Virus record (IMG/VR): IMGVR_UViG_3300042987_000420
Coordinates: 1 to 26,645 of that record
Strand: one strand, 5' to 3'
Source of the DNA: a virus
Taxonomy: Duplodnaviria; Caudoviricetes
Length of the DNA: 26,645 bases
Of this stretch, positions 1-10,608 are shown piece after piece (position 1 is the first letter of the stretch; every line of letters starts with the position of its first letter). A program made the position numbers and the translations under genes. The notes beneath the pieces are model-generated. The model searched no databases. It saw only the letters and a program-made list of their open reading frames with translations, and had not been told where the DNA came from.

Positions 1-863
1 GATGGACAGGACCGCGTCTTACTGCGGTCCGTAACGAGGCTGGTCCATCCAAATGGTCTTTGGTTTACCAGAATCTCGATATCGCAGAGAATGCAATCTT
101 CGACCCGATGTGCGTTAGAGGCGCAGTAAACGGAATGAGAAAATCGGGTGCGCTGGTTGCAGGCGCTGCTGGTCATCCTGATAATGCTCAGAACTTTTAT
201 CGCATTATTGGTATTGACCCCGCGATGTCTGGTGACACCGCAGCAGTTGCTTACGCAGTCGACCGCAGAACACACAAGCGCTATGTCATGGACGTTCACG
301 TCATGAGCAGCCCCACACCTGCAGCGATTCGCTCTTTGATTCGGGAATGGACCGATGCGTATAAACCGCATACCGTTATCGTTGAGTCAAATGCTTTCCA
401 GCTTTTCTTGACCCAGGACGAGGAGATTAGAAACTTCTTGTCAACTCGCGGTATTAACTACCGCCCACACTACACAGGTAATAATAAACAAGACCCAGAG
501 TTTGGTGTAGCTTCTCTGGCTCCGTTGTTTGGCACTATCGTTAAACGCGATGGCAATAACAACAACCTGAAGCATGCTGGTGACAACATGATTGAGTTAC
601 CAGACTCTTCACGAAACGAACATGTAAAGAAGCTGATAGAACAATTGGTTGTTTGGCAACCAGGAGTACAAGGCAAGAAACTAAAGATGGACGCTGTCAT
701 GGCGCTTTGGTTCTGCGAAATTGTAGCTCGTGACGTTCTACTAACAGCGACCAATGTACCCAACTTCTTAAGTAATGAATTCACTCCGCGCAAGGCGATT
801 GATGACAGGTACATTGTTAACCTAGATGATTTAGCTGCTGCCCAGCGAATAGCGAGATTGTGA
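1..863 (+). CDS. terL: Terminase large subunit, C-terminal nuclease domain (5'-truncated by the window)
   Basis: The frame is open from base 3 (WTGPRLTAVRNEAGPSKWSLVYQN...). RNase H-like motifs IIGIDPA, VIVESNAFQ and MDAVMALWF are present, and the gene lies directly upstream of the portal. Confidence 0.92.
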   Translation, partial: WTGPRLTAVRNEAGPSKWSLVYQNLDIAENAIFDPMCVRGAVNGMRKSGALVAGAAGHPDNAQNFYRIIGIDPAMSGDTAAVAYAVDRRTHKRYVMDVHVMSSPTPAAIRSLIREWTDAYKPHTVIVESNAFQLFLTQDEEIRNFLSTRGINYRPHYTGNNKQDPEFGVASLAPLFGTIVKRDGNNNNLKHAGDNMIELPDSSRNEHVKKLIEQLVVWQPGVQGKKLKMDAVMALWFCEIVARDVLLTATNVPNFLSNEFTPRKAIDDRYIVNLDDLAAAQRIARL

Positions 864-865
864 TA

Positions 866-2629
866 ATGAGAGAACTTGTACAAGCATATGAGCAATTAAA
901 AGCTCGTAATGCAGAACGCGACAAGCGTATGCGCGACGTTGCCATGGTACGTGCTGGCAATGCCGACCAGGTATTCCGTGGTCTGTTCCCAGAGGGAACA
1001 TGGTCAAAGCCTATTATCGCCAACCTGATTGATGTGGTTGCCCGCGATGTTGCTGAGCAGGCAGGTGTACTACCTACCATAACAGCAGCTGGTGATTCAT
1101 CACTTGATGATTCCCAGCGCACCAAGGCTGATAAGAGAACTAAGATTGCGAATTACTACGTCGCATCTTCCAGACTTGGTACAGAGCTACTGCGTGGCGC
1201 AGACCAGCTTGGAACATACGGTTTCTGTGCATTCCGTATTGAACCAAACTTCAAAGAAAAAAGACCGCATATCCATGTTGAGAATTCCATGGGTGCGTAT
1301 TATGACATGGACAGATTCGGGGAAGTATCTGTTTACTGCCGTTCTTACTATCGCAAGGCTGGCGATTTAGCAGCCAAGTTCCCTGAAGTCGCAGACAAGA
1401 TTCTGCAAGCAAACGCATTCGGTCACCGTACTGATGAGAACCAATTACTTGAAGTAGTACGTTGGACTGATAAGCGCCGTAGCGTTATGTTCATTCCAGA
1501 ACGTGGAGGTGTTGTACTTGCCGAAGCACCAAACAAAATCGGTCGAGTCCCAGTTGCGATTGCTCAGCGTCCTTCGCTTGACGGCGAAGTCCGAGGCTCA
1601 TTCGATGATGTTCTGCCAGTGTACGCAGCAAAGGCGCGTCTTGCCCTACTTACTATGGAGGCTGTGCAAAAGTCTGTTGAAGCTCCTCTTGCTCTTCCCA
1701 CTGATGTTACTCAGCTATCCGTTGGTCCAGATTCGGTCATTCGTTCGAACAGTCCTGAGAAAATACGTCGTGTAAACCTAGACGTACCACAGTTTGCATT
1801 TGCCGAGAACAATGTTCTCGCAGATGAAATGAAGTTAGGAACCCGCTTCCCGCAAGCACGTGCAGGTCAAGCAGAGGGTTCTATCGTTACTGGTCAAGGT
1901 GTCAAGGCACTTATGGCTGGATTCGATTCACAAATCAAAGTTATTCAATCAATCCTTGGTGAAGCAATCGGTGAAGCTATCTCAATGGCATTCGCTACCG
2001 ATGAAGCGTACTTTGCTGAAGTATCTCGCGAAGTATCTGCAACCGCCAATGGTGTTCCATACAAATTAAAATACAAACCATCAAGCGATATCAACGGCAA
2101 CTACGGAGTAACAGTTGAATATGGCTTGATGGCTGGACTTGACCCTAACCGTGCATTGGTATGGGGTCTACAAGCACGTGGCGACAAGCTAATCTCACGA
2201 GGAATGCTACGTCGCAATCTACCGATTTCGCTCAATGCTGGAGAAGAAGAGCGAGCAATTGATATCGAAGAGATGAGAGATAGCCTTAAAGCTTCTATAT
2301 CATCACTTGCACAAGCAATACCTCAAATGGTTTCGCAAGGTCAAGACCCGATGTCACTTGTTGAAAAAATGGCAACTGTTATTGATGAACGCAAGAAAGG
2401 TACACCGCTTGAAAATGCGGTAGCCAAAGCGTTCAAGCCAGAACCAGCACCACAAACAGAAGGACAAGCACCAGAAATGGCGCAACCAGAAGAGCCTATG
2501 GGCATGGGTGGCGGTATGCCACAGATGCAGCAGGGCGGTAGACCAGCAATGCAGGAACTGCTAGCAGGTCTAACTGGTTCAGGTAATCCAGTTCTCGCAG
2601 GTCGAGTAACTCGTCAAATCCCAGCATAA
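866..2629 (+). CDS. Portal protein
   Basis: 587 aa, follows terL. Contains PIIANLIDVVARD and a low-complexity Q/P/M/G tail typical of podovirus-type portals. ATG 866 is preferred over GTG 860. Confidence 0.85.
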   Translation: MRELVQAYEQLKARNAERDKRMRDVAMVRAGNADQVFRGLFPEGTWSKPIIANLIDVVARDVAEQAGVLPTITAAGDSSLDDSQRTKADKRTKIANYYVASSRLGTELLRGADQLGTYGFCAFRIEPNFKEKRPHIHVENSMGAYYDMDRFGEVSVYCRSYYRKAGDLAAKFPEVADKILQANAFGHRTDENQLLEVVRWTDKRRSVMFIPERGGVVLAEAPNKIGRVPVAIAQRPSLDGEVRGSFDDVLPVYAAKARLALLTMEAVQKSVEAPLALPTDVTQLSVGPDSVIRSNSPEKIRRVNLDVPQFAFAENNVLADEMKLGTRFPQARAGQAEGSIVTGQGVKALMAGFDSQIKVIQSILGEAIGEAISMAFATDEAYFAEVSREVSATANGVPYKLKYKPSSDINGNYGVTVEYGLMAGLDPNRALVWGLQARGDKLISRGMLRRNLPISLNAGEEERAIDIEEMRDSLKASISSLAQAIPQMVSQGQDPMSLVEKMATVIDERKKGTPLENAVAKAFKPEPAPQTEGQAPEMAQPEEPMGMGGGMPQMQQGGRPAMQELLAGLTGSGNPVLAGRVTRQIPA

Positions 2630-2641
2630 GGAGAAATAGAA

Positions 2642-2794
2642 ATGGCATTTGGAAAGCAAGGAAAAGCTGCTAAGGCTCCAGTACACCCAGGACACCAGGG
2701 CAAGAAGAATGGTGGCAAGGGCGTTGGACTTGGTCAGGTAGCAAAAGCCCCAACACCAAAAGGTATCAAGGGCAACAAGAACAAGCTTAAGTAA
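2642..2794 (+). CDS. 50-aa Lys/Gly-rich basic protein (not in ORF track)
   Basis: AAGGAG SD upstream. Translates as MAFGKQGKAAKAPVHPGHQGKKNGGKGVGLGQVAKAPTPKGIKGNKNKLK and fills the gap between portal and the next gene. Confidence 0.8.
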   Translation: MAFGKQGKAAKAPVHPGHQGKKNGGKGVGLGQVAKAPTPKGIKGNKNKLK

Positions 2795-2804
2795 GGAAAA
2801 CTAA

Positions 2805-4223
2805 ATGGCGAAGAAGACACCAAAAAAGTATCGCCAAGCGAAAAGAGCAGCAAGACCTGCTGCTAAAGAAGCGTTTTCTGGTAAGACTAAAGCAGCACGC
2901 CGTGACCCCATGGCAAAGTATTCTGCTGAAGACCGTGAAGTTTTCAAGGAGATTTCAAAAGAATCTAAAGGTCGCTACATCACTGATGATAGAGGCAACA
3001 AGATTCAAGTAAAGCCTGATGAAACTGCCAGAGAGCGTATTGCACGCGAGCGTCAAGCTGCTTTGCGTAAGTTTCGCGAGGAAACAGATACTGAAAAACA
3101 AACAGCTCGCGATAAGCGTATGGCTGCTAAAGAAGCTGATGTTAAAGCAAGAAACGAAGCAGCTAAAGCTGCACGTAAAGGCAAGCCAGCACCTGGCTTA
3201 TTGCAGTCTGCTCCAAAAGAAAAGCCACTTAGCCGTCCTGTAAAGAAGGCTGCTGCAGCAACTATTAAAGAGCGTAAGCGCCCAGCTAAACCAGAAGCGC
3301 CTAAGCAGTCAATGGTAAAGTCATTAAAGAAACCAGTTAATGTACCAGGAACTCCGCTTTCTGGAAAAATGACTCGTGCTGAAAAATCTGCTGCTAATAA
3401 AGCAGCATGGAAGTCAATGACTCCAGCAGAACGTAAAAACTGGTCAGCTAATAAACCAACTGCTGGCAAAAAAATTGTAATTACCAAAGCTGATACTGAA
3501 AAAGCTAAAGCTGCTAAAGCCTCTAAGGTAGAAACTAAGTTAACCGCAAAAGGTGAAGCAGTTAAAAAGCGTATGCCAGGAGCAAGCAATAGAGCAGCAA
3601 ACGCATTAGGTGAAAAAGTAAAAACACCTACATATAACATTACAACTGCTCAGCCAGAAAAAGCATCTAAAGGTGCTAAACCAGCTAAGTTTATACAAAA
3701 GAAAGCAGCTGTAAAGAAAGCTGCAGTTAAACCATCTACCAGTAAAGCAGTTGCTATTCGTCCTAAAGGCGCTGTAGCTACAGTTGCTAAAGAAGGCGCA
3801 AAGAAAGCTGGCAAAGCTGGTTTCCTTAAAGGAGCAGCACGTCTAGCTGGTAAAGCTGTTACTGGTCGTGTTGGTTTAGCAGTTACTGCTGCATCACTAT
3901 TAGGTGAACCAGTATTAAGAGCTTTAACAAAGCAACCAGCAGGCGCAAGAAAAGCTACTGCACCTAAACCAATTGGTAAAGACTATAGCGTTAAGAAAGA
4001 AGCTATGGCAAAAGGTCGCACTCCAGCACCTGCAACAACTGTTGGAGCTGGCGGTAGCACGTATACCGTTAAGAAAGGTGACACCCTTTCTGGAATTGCT
4101 AAGGCAAACCAAACAACACTTGCAGCAATTCGTGAAGCAAACCCTGAAATCATGAAGAAAAAGAAATATAAGCAGGGTGCAATGATTTGGTCAGGAACGA
4201 AAGTACGTATTCCAAAGAAGTAG
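2805..4223 (+). CDS. Lys/Ala-rich protein with C-terminal LysM domain
   Basis: YTVKKGDTLSGIAKANQTTLAAIREANPEI...IWSGTKVRIP (about 4062-4220) is a LysM pattern. The remainder is K/A/P low-complexity sequence. AAGGA SD. Confidence 0.85.
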   Translation: MAKKTPKKYRQAKRAARPAAKEAFSGKTKAARRDPMAKYSAEDREVFKEISKESKGRYITDDRGNKIQVKPDETARERIARERQAALRKFREETDTEKQTARDKRMAAKEADVKARNEAAKAARKGKPAPGLLQSAPKEKPLSRPVKKAAAATIKERKRPAKPEAPKQSMVKSLKKPVNVPGTPLSGKMTRAEKSAANKAAWKSMTPAERKNWSANKPTAGKKIVITKADTEKAKAAKASKVETKLTAKGEAVKKRMPGASNRAANALGEKVKTPTYNITTAQPEKASKGAKPAKFIQKKAAVKKAAVKPSTSKAVAIRPKGAVATVAKEGAKKAGKAGFLKGAARLAGKAVTGRVGLAVTAASLLGEPVLRALTKQPAGARKATAPKPIGKDYSVKKEAMAKGRTPAPATTVGAGGSTYTVKKGDTLSGIAKANQTTLAAIREANPEIMKKKKYKQGAMIWSGTKVRIPKK

Positions 4224-4231
4224 GTAACTAA

Positions 4232-4648
4232 ATGTCAATGATGCAGCCGTCAGGTCCTGGTCCTTTTGCAAAAAGGACTGACCGTCAAGGTGCAAAACGC
4301 CTTCCTAATGCTGCCTATGGTGAGCAAAAGCAATTTCAGGAACAGCAAGCGGGTGCTCCTATGGCTAAAAGCCAAGGACCACGCCCTGCTGCTAGCGACC
4401 TGATGGCTAACATCGTTCCATTAAATGCGCCTACACGTAGACCAGATGAACCAGTTACTGCTGGCGTAGATGCTGGTCCAGGACCAGGTCGCGAAGTCTT
4501 AGGACTTAAATCACCGACGGATGCTCAACTAGAAGATTTAGCGCGTATTGCTAAGTACATGCCAATGATGATGCAGTTTGCAGATTCATCACAATCTTCA
4601 GGAACCATGAAAGCTTTTGTTAAATATCTACGGAGTCAAACACAATGA
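4232..4648 (+). CDS. Hypothetical protein, probably virion-associated
   Basis: 138-aa P/G/Q-rich ORF with an AGGT SD, in operon context. Confidence 0.7.
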   Translation: MSMMQPSGPGPFAKRTDRQGAKRLPNAAYGEQKQFQEQQAGAPMAKSQGPRPAASDLMANIVPLNAPTRRPDEPVTAGVDAGPGPGREVLGLKSPTDAQLEDLARIAKYMPMMMQFADSSQSSGTMKAFVKYLRSQTQ

Positions 4649-4815
4649 AAATACTAAGGAAGTTCGAGGAGAATCTCGAAGCCCTTGGTTTTGAAATGGC
4701 TCCGTTGGCATGGGACCTAGCCAAGTTTCCTTTTGAATCCGACGATGACCGATATGCAATGTTACAGGAATTGACGGATAAAGAGGAGGCTGCGCCAAAT
4801 GAGTCTATGGGCTGA
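4645..4815 (+). CDS. 56-aa acidic protein (not in ORF track)
   Basis: ATGA overlap with the upstream stop and GGAG upstream. Translates as MKILRKFEENLEALGFEMAPLAWDLAKFPFESDDDRYAMLQELTDKEEAAPNESMG. Confidence 0.7.
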   Translation: MKILRKFEENLEALGFEMAPLAWDLAKFPFESDDDRYAMLQELTDKEEAAPNESMG

Positions 4816-7800
4816 TTTATACGAAGACACTCCTGTATCTCGTCCAACATCTAAGATAGACAAGTTTAAGAAACAACAAACTGACGAATCTAAAGTTGGT
4901 AAAGTAGAGCAAGCAATTCTTCCAAAGGTTGCTGGTGCTCTTGAAGCTGGAAGCAAGAAGCCAATACTTGGCGCTGTGCTAAATCCAGCAATGCGTGCTC
5001 TTGAATTCTTTGGACAGAAAGTTGTACAACCTTTAACTCAAGGTGTATCAACTGCGTTGCTTACACCGCAAGCTATGCTTGCTGGTAAAGGTAATCCAGT
5101 TCAGTCTTTTCGCTATGCAAAAGAACAATCTAAAAAGATTTCTATGGGTCAGGCTCTTGCCACAACCGTAGGTCAAGCAGCTGGTAGATTGCTACCAGAC
5201 CAAATTACGCCATCCTTTATGGATAGCAACTTTGACATCTTTGATGACAAGAAACGTGATAAAGCGTTCCGCGATGAATGGTTAGGCATCTTTGCATCTG
5301 GCGCAACTGACCTTGCACTAGCTGCTATTGGAAGCAAAGGCATGGGGACAGTTGTTCGCGCTGGAGCCAAAAAGGTTGTTGGTCCTAGCAAGCTAGTAAC
5401 ACCTGAAGATATGAACGCTTTTCGTTCACAACTAAATGACATTGTTGCTGACCAAGCTTTGCCTGTTGAGCAGCGTACCCGCTCTGGGCTTAGCGTACTT
5501 GTAGATGACTTAGTAAAAGAAAAAGATGTCAGCAAGTTATCTTCAAACCCATTGGTTAGCGAAACCGCTAACCCATACCGTACTGCAACAATTGTATCTA
5601 GGTTAGATAACCACCAAGATGTTGCAGATTATTTGCTTGCTGAGCGTGGCGATACAGCAGCATTTTTAAGATTCTTTGAAAAGAATCCGCTTAAAGCTGA
5701 CCATTTAGATAATTATGGAATTCAGCTTACTAAGCCAATATCTAGTTTTGAAGACCTAAATCTTGATGAACTTAGCCCAAAGCTAACCGAGCGTTATCAA
5801 AGAGTAATTGATGCTAAGAAAGCAACTGATAGAGATTTTGCTAACGCACTTGATGACTTCTTAAATAAGACTAAGATGGGTGTGCTTGAAAGTTATACCC
5901 CAGGTAAGTATGCATCAATTGAGTCACTCAATCTTGCCCGCAAGAAGATAACAAACCAAGCACAGTTTGGTGACCTAAAGTTATTTGGTAAAGATGGCAA
6001 TAGCGCTTGGAAGGTAAAAGTTTACCAGTCTGAGCCTTACGACAGATTGATTCGAGTCATTGCATGGACAGGGTCAGGTCGTCCACAGGGTCATATTAAC
6101 ATTTCTAACCCACGTCGCTTTGAGGCAGCTAACGATTTACGTTCTGACCTAAACCGCGTTCTGTTTCTTAAGGGAGCAGAAGGTGCTGCATTCAAGCGCG
6201 ATATGGTTAATAAGTTTCTTCGTGCTCAAGATGACACAACTCGTGCCATTGTATTGACAGAGATTGAACAAGAAATTCTACAGCGTTTGGCTAAACGCTA
6301 TGGCGTTACTGAGATGATGGATGTTCGGACAACCGATGATGCCATCAAGCGTATGAAGAGTTGGCATTCACGTATTAGTGATAACCGCTCAACGCTAAAG
6401 TCATACGCTGCAAAGAACGGCTACATTCCAGAAGATGGTGCGCTTAACCACCAAAACTTTATTTCTGTTGCTAACGAAGCACAGACCCTTCCCATGCTTG
6501 ACTTTGCCAAGTTAGAACGCGACGTTATTATGCATTTGCGCGGAACTGGCGAAGGATTGGTGAAGCCAGCTGATGTTCGCAGAGCTCGTTTTGCAGCAGG
6601 CGGTGTTAAGTTAGGTGAGTTCCTAGACTTGGCTAATATGGCATTTAGCAACTTAAACTTGCTACGCCTTGCTTACATTCCAAAAAACTCAATGGTCGAC
6701 CCTATTGCACGTGCAAGTATGGCTCTTGAGTCAACAGAGATTGTTCGTAACTCACTACCAGGAATGTCTAACTTCCTTTACAATAGTTCACTTAGAACTG
6801 AAAGACTTAAGAAGTTTGTTCCTTGGAGCCCTAAATTTAATGAGCGCAAGATTGCTAAACAAACTCGCTACAACATTAAGAAGTTCCGCAGTGATTTAGA
6901 ACCAAAGATTGCTATTAAAGAAGCAGCAGAACAGACTGCCGACGATGCTGAAAAACTGCTAAAGCAGGCAACTGCAAAGCGCGACAGACTAAAAGCGCGT
7001 GCTGCTAAAAGCGATAATCCAGATGTCCACGCTGCATATCATGCAGCTGAGGATGAATACTTTGCAGCATTGAATGACTTTACCGCTGCAGATAATGCAT
7101 TAAATAAAGTTGCTGATGAGATAAATGGTTATGCCAAGCTTATTGAATTAGAACGTGAGAAGCTTCTACCTATTGCTTTTGAAGAGGGCGACCTTACCAA
7201 AACCAAAGCGCTTGGCATGGAAGATGAAGTAATCACCAGCGCAAGCGGTAAACAATATACAATCAAAGGGCTTGCAGACCCTAACCAACGTGGTGTTGGT
7301 GCTTATATGGCAGAGGTGGATAGCAGCCAAAACTTCTATTCAGCCTCTATGCAATCAGAGATTGCTCGCCGTGTTAGATACGATGGGTCACGATTCGTAA
7401 AAATTAAGCGAAGCGATGGCGATGAATACTGGAACGCGCTTGCCCACATAGCAAACCGCCAAATTCGTAACGAACTAGATATGCCTGTTGGCATGATGCT
7501 TCGTGGTGATTCACAAGGTGATGTACTTAAGTGGTTATATAGCCCAGCAGGTAAAGAATACCGTCGCCGTATGGAATCTCGCTATGGCAGACCAATGAGC
7601 AAAGATGACTTTGCAGCATGGATTGATGAAACTCAAGACAAGTTGATGCGTATGTATCCAAGCGAAGAATTACGTAATGTGATTCTAAGTAGGAACGTAA
7701 CGCCTAAAGAAGTGTCAGCTGCATTAGAAGGCAGACTAGACCTACTTGAGTCTATTGATGGACCAAGCTTAAAGCTTAGCGATTTGAACAATCTTGAAAA

Positions 7801-9724
7801 AGGGTTAGCTAAAGCATCAGGCGCATTAGATACAGCATGGAAGGTTCTTGCTTATTCTGAAAACAGAATGGCTCGTAACCCGCTCTTCCTTGCATATGCT
7901 CGTGATGAAATGAAGACGCTAATCAATGCAGCAGAACGTGCTGGCATGAGCCCTACGGATATTGTTGTAAACAATGAACTTCGTCAGATTGCGTATAGAA
8001 ATGCACTTGCTCGCGTAGAAAGAACTCTTTACTCTTCACGTCGCCTAACCAATGGTATGTACGTGGCGCGTTACGCTATGAGCTTCCCTTTGGCTTTTTT
8101 CAACAGCCAAGCAGTTGCGCTTCGCCTAATGGCTCGCAACCCAATGAATGCTTACTGGTACAACAGCATTGCTACAGCAATGGATAAGTTCCAGGCTTAT
8201 GAAGACCAGGATGGAAATACCTACTCAAGCATTAAGGATGTTCCGCCAGGAACTCCTGTAAGCGTTAAGTTCCCATTGCATGACAAAGTACCTGGCTGGC
8301 TAAAAGGAGCCCTTAAACCATACACAGATGTACGTGGTGGCGGAATTCGCATCAATCCTAAGCAATTAGAGTTTATGGTTGCCGACCCATCAGTATCATG
8401 GTTTGGTTCTGTAACAATCTCAGAGCTAATCAAAGATGGCTTTGGCGTAGGACCATGGAAGATTTATGGCGAAGAACTAGCGCAAGGAATGCGTAATGTT
8501 CTTGGTGATGACGTATTTGAGTCAAGCGTTATCTATGGTGGTTATCCAACCCAGGGTGGCGGTTACGTAGACACAGCACTTAACACAATCTTCCCAGGGT
8601 ATGGCAAGTCTTTATCTGACAGTCTTAAATTAATGTTTGGTAAAGATGGTTCTGATAGAGCAGCCGATGAAATCATGGCTCAATGGAAGACTGCTTACGC
8701 CGAATGGGATAGAAATGGTCGTGTAGGTAATCCTCCGACACCAAGACAAGCTGCTAAAGCAGCTGGCGTTATGATGTTTATTCGCGCCGTAACGCAGTTC
8801 AGCGCACCTATATCAGTTGCCTTTGACCCAGTTACTCGCGCAGCAACCACCTACTATGCAGACTTGGTAGATGAATACAAGGGCGATTACGATTTAGCGC
8901 AGAAGAAGATGGTTGAAGATTGGGGCATTGACTCCCTAGCCTTGATTGGTTCTAGCCAGCGTAACAACGCAGGACTTGCTGCCACACAAAAAGATATAAA
9001 GATTATTCGCAACTTTCAAGGATTGCTTGAAACTTTAGGGCGAGCAAACTCTAAGTATGCAGGGATGCTTTCCTCTGGATACGACAGCGATTTAACAACC
9101 AATACAGAATACTCAACGGAAATCGCAGCAATCTACAAGAGATTAGATTTCCCTGGAACTGTAGATTTACCAATCACCGAGCGTAAGAAAATCTCTGGCG
9201 TTGGAGGAATCCAGTCAGAAACCGAAGCACGTCGTGGTTGGGCTGAGTATCAAAAGGCGCAGGAATGGCGCGATGCTTTGATGTATCAATATGGAATCCC
9301 ATCTACTCAATCAGTTATGTACGAACGTAGTGGTATCAAGGCAGAGTACGACAAGATGATTGATTCCATTTCTAAGGATTTCCCTGGATGGACAGATGCA
9401 TACAACAACAATCGTGAAGACTACTGGAGAGGTTTAATCCCAACAGTAGAAAAGATTGTTGCAGATACTAACTGGCGTACACACGCCTATAAGAGCGGTG
9501 ACAAGTGGGAAGAAATTGCCTACTGGGTCGACGCAGCGCGTCGATTCAAAACCGCATATGACCAACCAGGAAACACGGATGAGAGAAAGTTTTCGCTGAA
9601 AGCTCAGTTCTCTCAGTTCCATTATGACTTCTTGCAGACCGCATCGGATGAGTTCGCTGCGTTTTCTTATAGATGGTTGAACAACATACCCGAATTAAAC
9701 GAAGAGATTGTGGTGAAGAGATAA
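4799..9724 (+). CDS. Large probable internal virion / DNA ejection protein
   Basis: 1641 aa with a GAGGAGG SD and helical-looking composition. No enzyme motif recognised; function inferred from size and position only. Confidence 0.6.
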   Translation: MSLWADLYEDTPVSRPTSKIDKFKKQQTDESKVGKVEQAILPKVAGALEAGSKKPILGAVLNPAMRALEFFGQKVVQPLTQGVSTALLTPQAMLAGKGNPVQSFRYAKEQSKKISMGQALATTVGQAAGRLLPDQITPSFMDSNFDIFDDKKRDKAFRDEWLGIFASGATDLALAAIGSKGMGTVVRAGAKKVVGPSKLVTPEDMNAFRSQLNDIVADQALPVEQRTRSGLSVLVDDLVKEKDVSKLSSNPLVSETANPYRTATIVSRLDNHQDVADYLLAERGDTAAFLRFFEKNPLKADHLDNYGIQLTKPISSFEDLNLDELSPKLTERYQRVIDAKKATDRDFANALDDFLNKTKMGVLESYTPGKYASIESLNLARKKITNQAQFGDLKLFGKDGNSAWKVKVYQSEPYDRLIRVIAWTGSGRPQGHINISNPRRFEAANDLRSDLNRVLFLKGAEGAAFKRDMVNKFLRAQDDTTRAIVLTEIEQEILQRLAKRYGVTEMMDVRTTDDAIKRMKSWHSRISDNRSTLKSYAAKNGYIPEDGALNHQNFISVANEAQTLPMLDFAKLERDVIMHLRGTGEGLVKPADVRRARFAAGGVKLGEFLDLANMAFSNLNLLRLAYIPKNSMVDPIARASMALESTEIVRNSLPGMSNFLYNSSLRTERLKKFVPWSPKFNERKIAKQTRYNIKKFRSDLEPKIAIKEAAEQTADDAEKLLKQATAKRDRLKARAAKSDNPDVHAAYHAAEDEYFAALNDFTAADNALNKVADEINGYAKLIELEREKLLPIAFEEGDLTKTKALGMEDEVITSASGKQYTIKGLADPNQRGVGAYMAEVDSSQNFYSASMQSEIARRVRYDGSRFVKIKRSDGDEYWNALAHIANRQIRNELDMPVGMMLRGDSQGDVLKWLYSPAGKEYRRRMESRYGRPMSKDDFAAWIDETQDKLMRMYPSEELRNVILSRNVTPKEVSAALEGRLDLLESIDGPSLKLSDLNNLEKGLAKASGALDTAWKVLAYSENRMARNPLFLAYARDEMKTLINAAERAGMSPTDIVVNNELRQIAYRNALARVERTLYSSRRLTNGMYVARYAMSFPLAFFNSQAVALRLMARNPMNAYWYNSIATAMDKFQAYEDQDGNTYSSIKDVPPGTPVSVKFPLHDKVPGWLKGALKPYTDVRGGGIRINPKQLEFMVADPSVSWFGSVTISELIKDGFGVGPWKIYGEELAQGMRNVLGDDVFESSVIYGGYPTQGGGYVDTALNTIFPGYGKSLSDSLKLMFGKDGSDRAADEIMAQWKTAYAEWDRNGRVGNPPTPRQAAKAAGVMMFIRAVTQFSAPISVAFDPVTRAATTYYADLVDEYKGDYDLAQKKMVEDWGIDSLALIGSSQRNNAGLAATQKDIKIIRNFQGLLETLGRANSKYAGMLSSGYDSDLTTNTEYSTEIAAIYKRLDFPGTVDLPITERKKISGVGGIQSETEARRGWAEYQKAQEWRDALMYQYGIPSTQSVMYERSGIKAEYDKMIDSISKDFPGWTDAYNNNREDYWRGLIPTVEKIVADTNWRTHAYKSGDKWEEIAYWVDAARRFKTAYDQPGNTDERKFSLKAQFSQFHYDFLQTASDEFAAFSYRWLNNIPELNEEIVVKR

Positions 9725-10608
9725 TGGCTGAAACTAAAAAACCTACACCAAAGCCAACACCTACTCCAAAGACAACGCCTGCCAAAGCAGCAAGCACTAA
9801 CCTTGGGAATAGACCGCTTGGTGTAAAGAATCCATCGCCAGTCTTTAATCCAAGCATGGACATTCCTCCTATTGGATTACCAGGATTTAATAATCGTGGC
9901 GTTCAAGCATCAGAAGCGTATGGTTGGTTCAAACTTGTAGCAGCTAAAGCTCCTAAAGGAACTCCTGCACGTAAGGCATATGATTTATTTACTGCACGAT
10001 TAACAGCGCTTGGTATTCCAAAATCAAAGTGGAACTCTGTATGGAAAGATGCTGTTGACTGGACTCAAACAATTGGTTCTAATCCACCGCTTATCAATGG
10101 CATGGCTGACCCATCAGGTTACCTTGGGATATTAGACCCATCTGATTATGCAGGTAGCAGCACTGGTCCTAAGTATGGAACCAGCATTAACAAACAAATT
10201 TCTACAACCCAATACAGCCCTTCTGAGGCTGGAAGCACAGTCAATAGATATATCGAATCTGAAGTTGGTAGAACTGCTACCAAGGAAGAAGTCGACGCTT
10301 ATCTTGCTGGAGTAAATGCTGCAGCTAAAGCATCACCAACTGTCACAACCCAAAAGGTTACAACCACGCAAGGTAAAGGAAACCTAGTTCCTGCTGGTGC
10401 AGCTGCTGGCGCTAAGGCAACAAGCCCTAACCTTGGTTCAACTACAACTGAATCAATGACAAGTGGTTCATTTGACCCATCAATGTATGCACTTAACTTT
10501 GCTAGAAGTCGTCCCGACTTTGCAGAATCATTTGCAACTAAGACTGTATTGGGACTAATCAATCGTATCTTGAAAGACCCTAACGCAATTGGTGAGGTGG
10601 TTCAATAA
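9724..10608 (+). CDS. Probable internal virion protein, P/K/T-rich N-terminus
   Basis: The TAATG overlap puts the start at 9724 (MAETKKP...), giving 294 aa rather than the 9673 start in the track. Confidence 0.6.
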   Translation: MAETKKPTPKPTPTPKTTPAKAASTNLGNRPLGVKNPSPVFNPSMDIPPIGLPGFNNRGVQASEAYGWFKLVAAKAPKGTPARKAYDLFTARLTALGIPKSKWNSVWKDAVDWTQTIGSNPPLINGMADPSGYLGILDPSDYAGSSTGPKYGTSINKQISTTQYSPSEAGSTVNRYIESEVGRTATKEEVDAYLAGVNAAAKASPTVTTQKVTTTQGKGNLVPAGAAAGAKATSPNLGSTTTESMTSGSFDPSMYALNFARSRPDFAESFATKTVLGLINRILKDPNAIGEVVQ

